This document shows positions 37,252 to 46,372 of a stretch of 64,000 nucleotides of DNA, piece by piece. Made by a program: the position numbers and the translations under genes. Location of the stretch: positions 1 through 64,000 of the forward strand of contig CAWCNY010000007.1 in assembly GCA_963797095.1 (NCBI GenBank), in the 5' to 3' direction. Origin of the DNA: an uncultured Chloroflexia bacterium. Its GTDB lineage: Bacteria; Chloroflexota; Chloroflexia; QHBQ01; JADMIH01. The notes beneath the pieces are model-generated. The model searched no databases. It saw nothing but the letters and a program-made list of their open reading frames with translations, and was not told the DNA's origin. Position 1 is the stretch's first letter. Each line of letters begins with the position of its first letter.

Positions 37252-38091
37252 TTACCCGACCGAAGCCGGGCCTACTTGCCGCGCTGCGCTCCCGCGCCTG
37301 CCCCAGAGCGCGCTTCCCAACAAGAAGAACCCTGCCAGGAACAGTACAATCGCCGACATAAAGAGCACAATCAGGGTCGTGCCTATCGCCCCCTCGTTGA
37401 TATCCGGCACAAAGATCGACAAAGCAATTACGGCCAACCCACCTATGCCGCCCGCGACTATAGGTATAACGGCCATAGCCGCCAGTATATGGTGGCGCGC
37501 GCCTGCGATAGCGAAAAGCGTCATCCCCACAAATAGCCCGATCAACCCAAGCATCAGCAATGTCCACCAACCCGAGATGTCTGCTCCCACCGTCTCCATC
37601 ACCGATCCTATAGAGCCGGTTGTAAGACCGATCAGCCCGGTAAGAGCTACCAGCAGAGCAACCTGGCCCAGGCCACCGGAGCGCCTGGCATAGGCGAACC
37701 CGAAGCCTGCAACACCCACCAGCATGAGTATTGAACCGACCAGCAAAAGCGCAGATGCCACGACATCTTCCGCGCCATATGTATAAGGGTAATCATCATC
37801 GGAAAACACGCTCGATCCGATCATGCCAAGCAGGAGAAGCACACTGCCAACCATAGCGGCCATCCCGCCCCACTGGGTAAAAGTTGCCCTGTTCATAAAT
37901 AGCCTCCTCTCCGCGCTCACACCCGTGGCCGTCAGTTGCGGCCTCAGGTGAGCATCCAACGCCCCAAGCGCCACGTCCGCCACATCCAGAAGCGATGTGT
38001 GACTTTGCTCAAGGAGCGCCGTGAATTCGTCTTCATACCTCGCCCGCCATTCGCGGGGATACAATCGCAGGAGGAAAGTTTCCAGTTTCAT
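37252..38091 (-). CDS. PadR-associated multi-pass membrane protein
   Basis: N-terminal LLRLYPREWRARYEDEF motif, then about 7 TM segments; ATGA overlap with padR. Confidence 0.75.
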   Translation of the reverse strand: MKLETFLLRLYPREWRARYEDEFTALLEQSHTSLLDVADVALGALDAHLRPQLTATGVSAERRLFMNRATFTQWGGMAAMVGSVLLLLGMIGSSVFSDDDYPYTYGAEDVVASALLLVGSILMLVGVAGFGFAYARRSGGLGQVALLVALTGLIGLTTGSIGSVMETVGADISGWWTLLMLGLIGLFVGMTLFAIAGARHHILAAMAVIPIVAGGIGGLAVIALSIFVPDINEGAIGTTLIVLFMSAIVLFLAGFFLLGSALWGRRGSAARQVGPASVG

Positions 38092-38414
38092 AGGGTCGCC
38101 AGCCTTTGCAAACCTGCCGTGGCGAAGTCGCGCATCGTACTGAGTTGCTCTCGCATAGCCGAAGCCCCCGCGCCCGTAAGCTTGTAGGGCCGCCTGCGGT
38201 CGTCGCTAGCGAGCGACTCGATCCAGCCGCGCTTTTCGAGCCGTGCCAATGCCCCGTAGAGCGTTCCCGGACCAAGACGCAGCCCGCTCAATTGCTCTAT
38301 ATCTTCGATCATGGCATAGCCATGCTTATCGCCACCCGCCAGGCTCACCAGGATCAACAAAGCAGGTTCGGTAAAGCGCCCCAACTCGGACAGATCATTG
38401 CCGGTCGTACCCAT
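38088..38414 (-). CDS. PadR family transcriptional regulator
   Basis: LLILVSL...KHGYAMI, LGPGTLYGALARLEKRGWI, RRPYKLT.AG; start ATG 38414 after GGAGG. Confidence 0.9.
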   Translation of the reverse strand: MGTTGNDLSELGRFTEPALLILVSLAGGDKHGYAMIEDIEQLSGLRLGPGTLYGALARLEKRGWIESLASDDRRRPYKLTGAGASAMREQLSTMRDFATAGLQRLATL

Positions 38415-38433
38415 GCCTCTATACCTCCACACA

Positions 38434-38471
38434 ACTATTACGTTTCACGATATATCGTCTGGCGTAATAGT
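38434..38471. promoter_or_regulatory. Nested palindrome, candidate PadR operator
   Basis: ACTATTACG-tttc-ACGATATATCGT-ctgg-CGTAATAGT, directly upstream of padR. Confidence 0.65.
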
Positions 38472-38606
38472 AGCACAGAACAAAAGGCTTGTCAATACCC
38501 ATTTTGGAGAGATAGTACGCCCTCTGATCAACCTTCCGAGATCCGGATCGCTGACTGTACTAAATTACATGTAATCACCCTACACCTGCCACATCCCCGC
38601 CACAAT

Positions 38607-38690
38607 AGGAGCGGCATTGAAGGAGCGGCATTGAAGGAGCGGCATTGAAGGAGCGGCATTGAAGGAGCGGCATTGAAGGAGCGGCATTGA
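38607..38690. repeat. 14-bp tandem repeat, six exact copies
   Basis: (AGGAGCGGCATTGA)6. Confidence 0.97.
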
Positions 38691-38763
38691 GGAACAGGCT
38701 AGGTCGCAACGCAACAAAACAGGTCGAGAAAGGACTACAGATGTAATGACAAAACCCGATGTA

Positions 38764-39546
38764 CTAGCTCCCACCAGCCTCGGCAGAGCATATAAGGTGC
38801 TCGCGGATGCGGTCGATATCGCCCTGCGGCACCCCTATCGCCTTCAGGTAACCTTCCACGCCGCCGTACTTTTGGTCCAGATGCTCAAGCGTGCCCTGCA
38901 TAGTCTCAGGGCGCGAGTACATCCACCTGGGCCTCTCCACGGGTTGCCCTTGCACCTGGGCTTGCTCCTCCAGCCATGCGGAATAGGCAGGTTCCAGTTG
39001 GGCCTCGCTGATCGCATAATCTTCGGCTATCATCCGGCGCGGCACACCGGCCAGCGACAACAGCAAGGCCACCACGATCCCGGTGCGGTCTTTGCCCCCA
39101 TGACAATGCACCAGCACCCCACCCTTCTCCAGGGCTTCCGCCACGGCCTTGATTATCGCGGCCACACGCGGCTTATTAGCCTCCAGGATGATGATGTAAT
39201 CTTCCTGCATCGTAGAGGCGGCATCCATAGCCTCGATAGTCGCGGGGTCGTGCATGGGCAGGTTCACATAGCGCGGCCTGTCGTCCGTCCCCTGCTGGGC
39301 GGCAAAGGGGTTGGGGTGCCTTTCCAGTTCGCGCTCCATGCGCAGGTCGATGATGGTGCATACCCCATAATCGCACAAAGCCGACTCCCCTTCGGGCGTA
39401 AGACGGTGCAGATTGTCGGCGCGGACGAGGGTACGCCAGCGTATACGCTTCCCATCCTCGGTTGGATAGCCTCCAACCTCACGAACATTCAAACAGTCGG
39501 TCCATGCCAGGTAACGGTTTTGTTGGTCTTCTTGCGTCATACTCAC
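38764..39546 (-). CDS. Tyrosine-protein phosphatase (Y_phosphatase3/PtpB-like)
   Basis: NVREVGGY, LVRAD, IIDLR, LVHCHGGKDRTG (HCxxGxxR), DYAIS. Confidence 0.9.
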   Translation of the reverse strand: MSMTQEDQQNRYLAWTDCLNVREVGGYPTEDGKRIRWRTLVRADNLHRLTPEGESALCDYGVCTIIDLRMERELERHPNPFAAQQGTDDRPRYVNLPMHDPATIEAMDAASTMQEDYIIILEANKPRVAAIIKAVAEALEKGGVLVHCHGGKDRTGIVVALLLSLAGVPRRMIAEDYAISEAQLEPAYSAWLEEQAQVQGQPVERPRWMYSRPETMQGTLEHLDQKYGGVEGYLKAIGVPQGDIDRIREHLICSAEAGGS

Positions 39547-39573
39547 ATTATTCTCACTTATAACTCTACAAAT

Positions 39574-40335
39574 TTAGGCTGGGGCGGAGAGCAGCTTTTC
39601 CAGGTTGCGCAGGCTGCGCTCGGTATCGGCAAGCGGCTCATTAGGGTGATCTTGCTCCACAATGTACCATTCCGCGCCCGCCGCAGCACACGCTTCGAGC
39701 ACGGCAGGCCAATCGAATATGCCTTCACCCACGGGCGCATCCCTGGGCGTTTCGCCCGCCGTCATATCTTTTACGTGCACCAGGGGCACGCGCCCGGTCA
39801 AGCGTCGGAGCATCGCCAGCGGGTCGACACCTGCGTAGCGCACCCAGTACAGATCAAGCTCGAAGGCCATAAGGCCAGGGTCCATCTTAGCCAGCAAAAC
39901 ATCGTAAACCGTGGTGTCGCCCAGCGGTGCGAATTCGAAGGCATGGTTGTGGTAGGCAAATTTAAGCCCATCGTCCCGGCACATTTTGCCTATGCGTGTA
40001 AACGTATCCACCACCTGATCCATTTGTTCGACGCCCTGCCTGCGCTCTTCTCTCAGGTGGGGCACAACCACATAAGTGCAGCCCAACGCCTTCAGGTCGG
40101 CCAGCACCTGCCCTGGGTTGGCCTCCAAGTCGTCCAGCCCGACATGCGCGGCTATGGCCTGTACACCAAGGTTGTCCAGAGCGGCACGCAAATCGGGGAC
40201 GGTCACGCCCCCAAACCCGGCAAACTCAACAGCTTTGTAGCCCTGCTGCGCGACCTGGGCCAGCGTGCCCACCATATCGAGGGCTGTATGCGAGCGAACG
40301 GTATACAATTGCAGCGCGATTCTATCCTTATTCAA
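39574..40335 (-). CDS. Sugar phosphate isomerase/epimerase (TIM barrel)
   Basis: ALQLYTVR, GYKAVEFAG, YHNHAFEF, ELDLYW, VHVKD, VGEG, IVEQD; TTG start with GAGGAGG. Confidence 0.88.
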   Translation of the reverse strand: MNKDRIALQLYTVRSHTALDMVGTLAQVAQQGYKAVEFAGFGGVTVPDLRAALDNLGVQAIAAHVGLDDLEANPGQVLADLKALGCTYVVVPHLREERRQGVEQMDQVVDTFTRIGKMCRDDGLKFAYHNHAFEFAPLGDTTVYDVLLAKMDPGLMAFELDLYWVRYAGVDPLAMLRRLTGRVPLVHVKDMTAGETPRDAPVGEGIFDWPAVLEACAAAGAEWYIVEQDHPNEPLADTERSLRNLEKLLSAPA

Positions 40336-40359
40336 TGCAATCCTCCTCGGATCTATGCT

Positions 40360-40972
40360 CTAAGCGGTCTGATCAATCGATATAGGGTTTTCCGCGGGCA
40401 GCGGTTCAGGGCGGGTGCAGGTGCTGGTCATCTCGATCTGCCGCCCCTGCTCGGAGGCATCGTGGATGGCATGCATAATGTCAAGCACGTGGTAGGCAAG
40501 CTCACCGTTGGCCCGGTGTGGTTTGCCCGTCCTCAGAGCTTCGGCGAGGTCGGCGGCGACCAAGCCACGGATGTTGTCGGTGTGCCCGTGCGTCAGCGGT
40601 ATTTCCTCCCATTGGCCTGCACCCACCCGTCTCAGGCGCGCCGGGCCTCCAAAGGTATTGGGGTCGGGGAGGCTGAGGGTACCTTCACCACCACAGATTT
40701 CGATGCGTGGCACCTCGGCAGCCCACACGTCGAAGCTTGTGACCAGTGTCGCGACAGGGCCACCTTCAAAATCGAGCACCGAGGCTACGTGCGTGGGTGT
40801 TTCCACCTCGATAATCGCGCCTCGCTTAAGCTCGCTGCCGATTATGCGCTCCGGGAAGCTGATGCGAGCGGAACCGGTAACGCGCCGCACGGCTGTTGGC
40901 CGTGTGCACAGTCACCAGCTTGGTGGTGCAGGCCGCCGCCCAGGAAGGTGTCGGGAGCGCACCCCACCCGCA
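40360..40972 (-). pseudogene. Gfo/Idh/MocA oxidoreductase remnant (N-terminus missing, internal segment replaced)
   Basis: Fragment RVGCAPDTFLGGGL (about 40972-40929) and, in another frame, [15 protein letters not shown]...SFDVW...PDPNTFGGP...[15 protein letters not shown]; no Rossmann N-terminus. Confidence 0.8.
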
Positions 40973-41460
40973 TGGAGGGCGGCCTGGTGGGCGATGGCAT
41001 CGATGCCTCTTGCCAGGCCGGATACGATGGTGACGCCGCCTTCGGCAAGCTCGGCTGACAGTTGGGAGGCGGCGGCGCGTCCATAATGGGTGGCCCGGCG
41101 GGTGCCGACGACCGCCACCGACCAGCTATCCTGAGGCTCGATGCTGCCTAACACGTACAGAACGGGGGGAGCATCGTCCACTTCGCGCAGGCGTTCGGGG
41201 TAGTTCTCACTCTCCCAGGTGAGAGCCGTCGCGCCTGACGAAATCAACCGGTCCATCTCGCGGGAGGGGTCGGTGATGCGGCGGGAGACAACAGGAGCCT
41301 CGGCGGTACGCGAGTTGATCCCTGCTGAAATCAGGTCAGCATAGATGGCATGCCAGGCGATTTCAGCGTCGCCGAAGTAGTCAAGCAGACGGCGGAAACG
41401 GGCCTGGCCAATACCGTTTACGCGGGACAGGACGAGCCAGTAGGGTGTTTGGTCGGGCAT
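40963..41460 (-). pseudogene. dprA: DNA-processing protein DprA, C-terminally truncated
   Basis: YWLVLSRVNGIG..RF, YPERLREVDDAPPVLY, VAVVGTRRAT.YG, IVSGLARGIDAIAH.AAL.AGG, then an abrupt switch to oxidoreductase sequence. Confidence 0.85.
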
Positions 41461-41652
41461 AGGGGACGATGGATGATGCTAACGAGTGACGAGTGACAAG
41501 TGGTGAATATTGTGGGCAGACCGGACGATTATACTACAAACCCTGGTGCATTAGCGTGGATTATAATGGGGCAACATTCCTTCCGAAATCTTTGTGCTCT
41601 TTGAGTCTTTGTGGTTCTAATAACCATACTTGTGTGAGAAAAGGAGTCAGAC

Positions 41653-42750
41653 ATGTTACTTTGGCCTGAGCTTGATACACCTACTTTAAGGATAGATCTG
41701 GAGAAGATGGAGCGGAACCTGGAGGAGATGGCGGCGCTTGCGCGAGCGCATGAGGTGAAATTGAGGCCGCACACCAAGACCCACAAAATGCCCCAGATCG
41801 GGCGACGGCAGATGGACCTGGGGGCGATGGGGCTGACGGTAGCGAAGTTGGGTGAGGCAGAAGTGATGGCACGCGCAGGTCTGCGCGATCTGTTTGTGTG
41901 CTATCCCCTGGTGGGCGAGCACAAGCTGCGAAGGCTGCGAGACCTGACCCGCGAGGCGAACATTATGACCATCGTGGAAAGCGCGGAGGGCGCACGCGGG
42001 CTATCGGAGGCGATGGCGGGAGAAGGCAAAGCTCTGGACGTGCTGATCGACCTTGAGGTGGGATATGGGCGCGTGGGCGTGATGGAGGAGAAGGCGGAAG
42101 AGCTTGCGCGGCTCGTGGACGCCCTGCCCGGGTTGCGTTTGATGGGAGTGTGCATACACGAAGGCAACGTGTATAGCGAACCGGACACCGAATGCAGGGC
42201 ACAGTTAGCAAGAGGGCAGGTTGAGCACATGCTGGGCATCGCCCACAACCTGGCCGCACAGGGCCACAACATGGAGATTGTCAGTTGCGGCTCCACCCCA
42301 GGTGCGAGATTCACGGTGGAAGCAGATGGAATAACAGAGCTCAGGCCCGGAAACTACGCATTCTATGACGCGATGCAGGTGGCGCTCGGAACAACCGATG
42401 TCGAGCATTGCGCCCTATCGGTCGTGACAACGGTGGTGAGCCACCAGGAACCCGGTAGAGCCGTTATCGACGCGGGAGCCAAGGCGCTAGCACTGGACAA
42501 AGGCTTGGGCCTCGCGGCCAGGAGCCACGGGATCGTGCGGGATCACCCAGGGATAATAGTTGAGAAACTGTCGGAGGAGCACGGGTGGCTCAAGTTGGAG
42601 GAGGGCGAAACGGTGGCAATCGGTGATAGGCTTGATGTGATCCCGAACCACGCCTGCGTAGTAACCAACCTGTTCAATGAGGTGGCGGTGACGCGAGGAG
42701 ATGAGGTTGTGGACAGGTGGAAGGTAGCGGCGAGGGGGATGCTTGCCTAA
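41653..42750 (+). CDS. PLP-dependent D-threonine aldolase / D-serine dehydratase-like enzyme (fold type III)
   Basis: LDTP, LRPHTKTHK, GSTP, TELRPGNY.FYD, IDAGAKAL, LSEEHG, IPNHAC..TN. Confidence 0.88.
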   Translation: MLLWPELDTPTLRIDLEKMERNLEEMAALARAHEVKLRPHTKTHKMPQIGRRQMDLGAMGLTVAKLGEAEVMARAGLRDLFVCYPLVGEHKLRRLRDLTREANIMTIVESAEGARGLSEAMAGEGKALDVLIDLEVGYGRVGVMEEKAEELARLVDALPGLRLMGVCIHEGNVYSEPDTECRAQLARGQVEHMLGIAHNLAAQGHNMEIVSCGSTPGARFTVEADGITELRPGNYAFYDAMQVALGTTDVEHCALSVVTTVVSHQEPGRAVIDAGAKALALDKGLGLAARSHGIVRDHPGIIVEKLSEEHGWLKLEEGETVAIGDRLDVIPNHACVVTNLFNEVAVTRGDEVVDRWKVAARGMLA

Positions 42751-43187
42751 AGGTCTTGCTCAGGCAATTCGGGGTTGTCGGCGGCAACCTTGTGGCGTGC
42801 GTACAGCCTGGAACCAAGCATGAACAGAAAGTAGCCGAAAACTGCGCCAACGAGATCCATCAAAAGATCGATCACTTCGCCGAAGTTTGGGAGTCTTCTC
42901 AGAGAAATCTCAAGCAATTCCTGGCCCGAAGCCATTATGAACATTATGACGACATATAGGGCCACACGCTTGCGCAGGTCAGGAACCAGTAGTAGGAGGG
43001 AAATACCCACGACCAGGAACAGGACAATGTGCCCCAGACTCTGGACCTCAGGCGTGGGAAGGAAAGTGTGGACCAGGCGGTTAAAGAAAGACCATCTGCG
43101 AGCATACCCTGCCGCAATAACCAGAACTATACCTGTTAGCGGAAGCAGCAGATAGCGCACCTTGTTCTTGTTCGGCACTTTCAGCAT
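42747..43187 (-). CDS. VanZ-like membrane protein
   Basis: GHIVLF, QELLEI, DLLMDLVGA; four TM segments. Confidence 0.6.
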   Translation of the reverse strand: MLKVPNKNKVRYLLLPLTGIVLVIAAGYARRWSFFNRLVHTFLPTPEVQSLGHIVLFLVVGISLLLLVPDLRKRVALYVVIMFIMASGQELLEISLRRLPNFGEVIDLLMDLVGAVFGYFLFMLGSRLYARHKVAADNPELPEQDL

Positions 43188-43191
43188 TCTG

Positions 43192-43947
43192 CTACTTGAA
43201 AGGCCAAATATCGAGTATCCACACGATCAGGGGAGCGATGCCCAGGCCCGGCAGATAGTTGGCAAGCTTTAGCTCTTTGATATTGAGAAGCTTGAGACCG
43301 ACACCCAGGATTATGAGGCCACCAACTGCTGTCATCTCGACGATGTAGGGATTATCGCGGCTGGGGATGCCGGATGCAGCGAAAAAGGCGATCATGCTGA
43401 TTATGCCCTGGTAAAGAAAGACAGTACCGGCGGAAAGAAAGACGCCCCACCCCAGCGCGGCGGTGAAGGCAAAGGCTGCGAAGCCGTCCAGGAGCGACTT
43501 AATCGCCAGGAAATTGATGTCGCCGTTGATACCATTCTGGATTGAGCCTAAGATGGTGAGTGGGCCAACACAGAAAACGAGGCTGCTGGTGACGAAAGCT
43601 TCGCTGACCGTAGAAGCGCCTTTGCGCCGCCTGGGGGCAGATTCGCCCTCTATTGCGGCGAGGTCCGGCGCGCTGCCGAAGCGACGTTGAAGGTAGCTGC
43701 CGAGAGCGTCGAGGCCGTCCTGAATGCGGAGGGCTTCACCGAGGAGGCCGCCAACCAGAACGCTGCCGATCATGATGAGCGAGTTGCCGGTAATGGCGTT
43801 CTGCACGCCAATCACAAGGGTAGCGAGGCCCAGGCCGCTCATAACAATAGCGTGGAAGCGTGCAGGCAGGCGCTCACCGATCAGGAGGCCGAGCAAGGCC
43901 CCCAGGAGTACAGCCGAAACATTCAGGATGGTGCCGGAGATAGGCAT
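43192..43947 (-). CDS. DUF554 (YdfK/YqgA-like) membrane protein
   Basis: GTILN..AV, FVTSSLVFCVGPLTILGSIQNG, KSLLDGF, YQG, GGLII, NYLP. Confidence 0.9.
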   Translation of the reverse strand: MPISGTILNVSAVLLGALLGLLIGERLPARFHAIVMSGLGLATLVIGVQNAITGNSLIMIGSVLVGGLLGEALRIQDGLDALGSYLQRRFGSAPDLAAIEGESAPRRRKGASTVSEAFVTSSLVFCVGPLTILGSIQNGINGDINFLAIKSLLDGFAAFAFTAALGWGVFLSAGTVFLYQGIISMIAFFAASGIPSRDNPYIVEMTAVGGLIILGVGLKLLNIKELKLANYLPGLGIAPLIVWILDIWPFK

Positions 43948-44005
43948 AGCTTACTTGTAAGTTATCAGGACCATCGTCTTCCGTCCTTCGTCTTTCATCC
44001 TCCGA

Positions 44006-45664
44006 CTACCGCCGTAAGCGGCTGGTTACTTTGGTCAGTATTAGCTCAACTTCGGGGAGGCGCATACGCCACACCAGGATGGCATAAAGAGCGCCGCCGA
44101 GGAGGGTAGGGATGCCCAGAAGTAGAGCCTGCGATACTAGATTATCAGGTTTCAGCATGCCGGACAAGAACCACCATGAGCCGAAGCTGACCACAGCCAG
44201 GGAAATGGATGCGCCGCCCGCCCTGAGAGCAGTTGAGCCGATCCCGTAGCCCCTGAGTCCTCCCGCTGCGCGCATGGAGCGCAATAGAAACACAGCTGTT
44301 ACTATGGCATGGAATGCAAGCTGAGCGGACCAGGCCAGCACCAGGCCCGGTAGGCCCCATGTTTTGTAGGTACCGAACGCGATAACAAGGTATACGGCGA
44401 ACTGGGCGATGCCGATCATCGCGGGGGTGAGGGTGTTCTTGCGAGCGTAGAAAGCGAAAATAAGGATCTGATCGACCGCACTGAAGGGGAGTCCAATCAC
44501 GTATATGCGGAGGGCCAGTTCGGTCAGATCACTATCGTGCTGGGTGAACGCGCCGTGCCCGAACAGCAGTGCCACTATTGGCCCGGCGAGAGCCAGGAGC
44601 AGACCCGCCACAGGGAGGACGAGGACAGTCACGAGACGCAGGCCGGAGGAGAGGGTACGTTTGAAAGCGTCGGTGTCACCTGACGTGAAATGCTGGGATA
44701 ACGATGGAAGGGAGGCCACCGAAATGGCAGCCGATACTAACCCCAGGCCAAGCTGGATTACCGTGGTGGAGAAGCGCATGGCGGCGATGGCGCTATCATC
44801 GATCTGCGAAGCGAGGTTGCGGTCGATCACAAGGACGACAGAGCTAACTACAACGCTAAGACCAATAGGGGCATAAAGGCGCAGGATCTTCCTTACAGCA
44901 GGGTGGCGTAGATCGAGCCCAGGACGAATCGGAATATCACGCAGGCCTGGAGCTTGCAAAGCAAGCATGGCGAACGCCCCCACCACCAGGCCAATCGCCA
45001 GGCTTCGCACGCCGAGCACACCCGCGAGGGTAAAGGCACAAAATATGATCGCCAGGTTGTACAACACCGAGGTGAAGGCCGGAAATACAAAGCGATGGAG
45101 CGAATAGTGAGCGGCCATGACCACACCCGACAGCCCCATGAAAAGCACGCCAGGCAACACCCATTGTGTCATGGTGACCGCAAGTGCCTGGGCATCGGCA
45201 GGCAAACCCTCGCTCATAAAGCTGGCGAGAGGGGCAGCGAATATCTCCAGTATGGCGACGGAGAGGAGGAGGAAAACGGCGGCAAAGGTCAGAACTGTGC
45301 CCACCAGCCTCCCAAACTCAGACCGGTCTCTTCCGCTGGTGGTATATTCGCTGAACACAGGAACGAGAGCCGCGCTGACAGTGCCCGACATGAGCAGGTC
45401 GAACACGATAGTGACAACGTTATTGGCGACCGAGAAAGCACTCACATCGGCCCCACCGCCGAATAGATAGGCAATCGAGCTTTCGCGGCCCAGCCCTATG
45501 ATGCGGCTCAGTATCGTGCCGGCCATCAGGATAATGGCAGCGCGAGCGATACGTCCAGCCGTAGACGGTGTGCGCTCGGAGAATGCGCCCGCTTCCACCT
45601 CGGCTTGTAGCTCGGCGGCTTCGGTTTGGGGGTCGTTCAGGGTTAGATCTGTGTTGGAGAGCAT
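44006..45664 (-). CDS. murJ: Lipid II flippase MurJ (MviN)
   Basis: SRIIGLGRE..IAYLFG, SAALVPVF, LPSLS, LFGHGAF, FYARKNTLTP; about 14 TM segments. Confidence 0.9.
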   Translation of the reverse strand: MLSNTDLTLNDPQTEAAELQAEVEAGAFSERTPSTAGRIARAAIILMAGTILSRIIGLGRESSIAYLFGGGADVSAFSVANNVVTIVFDLLMSGTVSAALVPVFSEYTTSGRDRSEFGRLVGTVLTFAAVFLLLSVAILEIFAAPLASFMSEGLPADAQALAVTMTQWVLPGVLFMGLSGVVMAAHYSLHRFVFPAFTSVLYNLAIIFCAFTLAGVLGVRSLAIGLVVGAFAMLALQAPGLRDIPIRPGLDLRHPAVRKILRLYAPIGLSVVVSSVVLVIDRNLASQIDDSAIAAMRFSTTVIQLGLGLVSAAISVASLPSLSQHFTSGDTDAFKRTLSSGLRLVTVLVLPVAGLLLALAGPIVALLFGHGAFTQHDSDLTELALRIYVIGLPFSAVDQILIFAFYARKNTLTPAMIGIAQFAVYLVIAFGTYKTWGLPGLVLAWSAQLAFHAIVTAVFLLRSMRAAGGLRGYGIGSTALRAGGASISLAVVSFGSWWFLSGMLKPDNLVSQALLLGIPTLLGGALYAILVWRMRLPEVELILTKVTSRLRR

Positions 45665-45685
45665 GGGAGGGAAAGGTTAGGGATG

Positions 45686-45743
45686 GCGAGTGGCGAGTGG
45701 CGAGTGGCGAGTGGCGAGTGGCGAGTAGCGAGTAGCGAGTAGC
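45686..45743. repeat. Heptamer array (GGCGAGT/AGCGAGT, about 8 units)
   Basis: Intergenic between rfaE2 and murJ; no inverted partner seen. Confidence 0.9.
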
Positions 45744-45749
45744 AGGTGA

Positions 45750-46229
45750 TCAGGTATTGCCCATCTTATCTATTAGCTCGGTGGCACTATGGCCTTCTAC
45801 GTAGGGGATGATGTGGACCTTGCCCTCGTATGCTAGCACGGCATCGGCTTCGGGGAGCGGTTTCCCCGCGCCCGTGTAGTCGCCACCCTTCACATAAAAG
45901 TCGGGTTGTAAGGTTTCCACCAGATGAACGGCGGTCGGCTCATCGAAGATGGTCACATAATCGACGCAGCGGAGGGCGGCCAGGATCTCGGCGCGCTCGT
46001 CCTGTGGGACGATGGGACGGCCCGGCCCTTTGTACCCTCTCACCGACATGTCGGAGTTGACGCCGACTACCAGGATGTCGCCGAGCGCGCGGGCCGCTTG
46101 CAGGTATCGAACATGGCCCACGTGCAACACATCAAAGGTGCCGTTGGTGAGGATAAGGGTCTTGCCGCTGCTGCGCCATTGCGGGCGTAACGCGGCAAGT
46201 TGGGAGAGAGTTACTACTCGATCTGTCAT
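45750..46229 (-). CDS. rfaE2: RfaE domain II adenylyl/cytidylyltransferase
   Basis: TNGTFDVLHVGHVRYL, GVNSD.SVR.YKGPGRP, YVKGGDY, SAT.LI. Confidence 0.85.
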   Translation of the reverse strand: MTDRVVTLSQLAALRPQWRSSGKTLILTNGTFDVLHVGHVRYLQAARALGDILVVGVNSDMSVRGYKGPGRPIVPQDERAEILAALRCVDYVTIFDEPTAVHLVETLQPDFYVKGGDYTGAGKPLPEADAVLAYEGKVHIIPYVEGHSATELIDKMGNT

Positions 46230-46234
46230 ATTTA

Positions 46235-46363
46235 GTACACGAAGAAGCGAAGAAGAGAGGAGTACGCGGAGATTCTTAAGGGCTTATACGTGGAAGCCAC
46301 TTTATGAGGGGAAAACAATGACATACCTTCGTGCTCTTCGTGCTTCTTCACGTCTTCGTGTAC
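46235..46363. repeat. Inverted bracket of the CACGAAG (about 9-nt period) repeat family
   Basis: GTACACGAAGA (46235-46245) and TCTTCGTGTAC (46353-46363); related single arms at about 1228-1262, 8406-8443 and 41590-41616. Confidence 0.75.
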
Positions 46364-46372
46364 CAACACCGA

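Noticed and set aside
38607-38690. Possible CRISPR array
   Set aside because: Contiguous 14-bp units with no spacers and no cas operon. The same applies to all heptamer arrays.
38746-41058. 770-aa plus-strand ORF
   Set aside because: Antisense shadow of the phosphatase, isomerase, oxidoreductase and dprA sequences; no recognisable motifs. Long shadow ORFs are common at this GC content.
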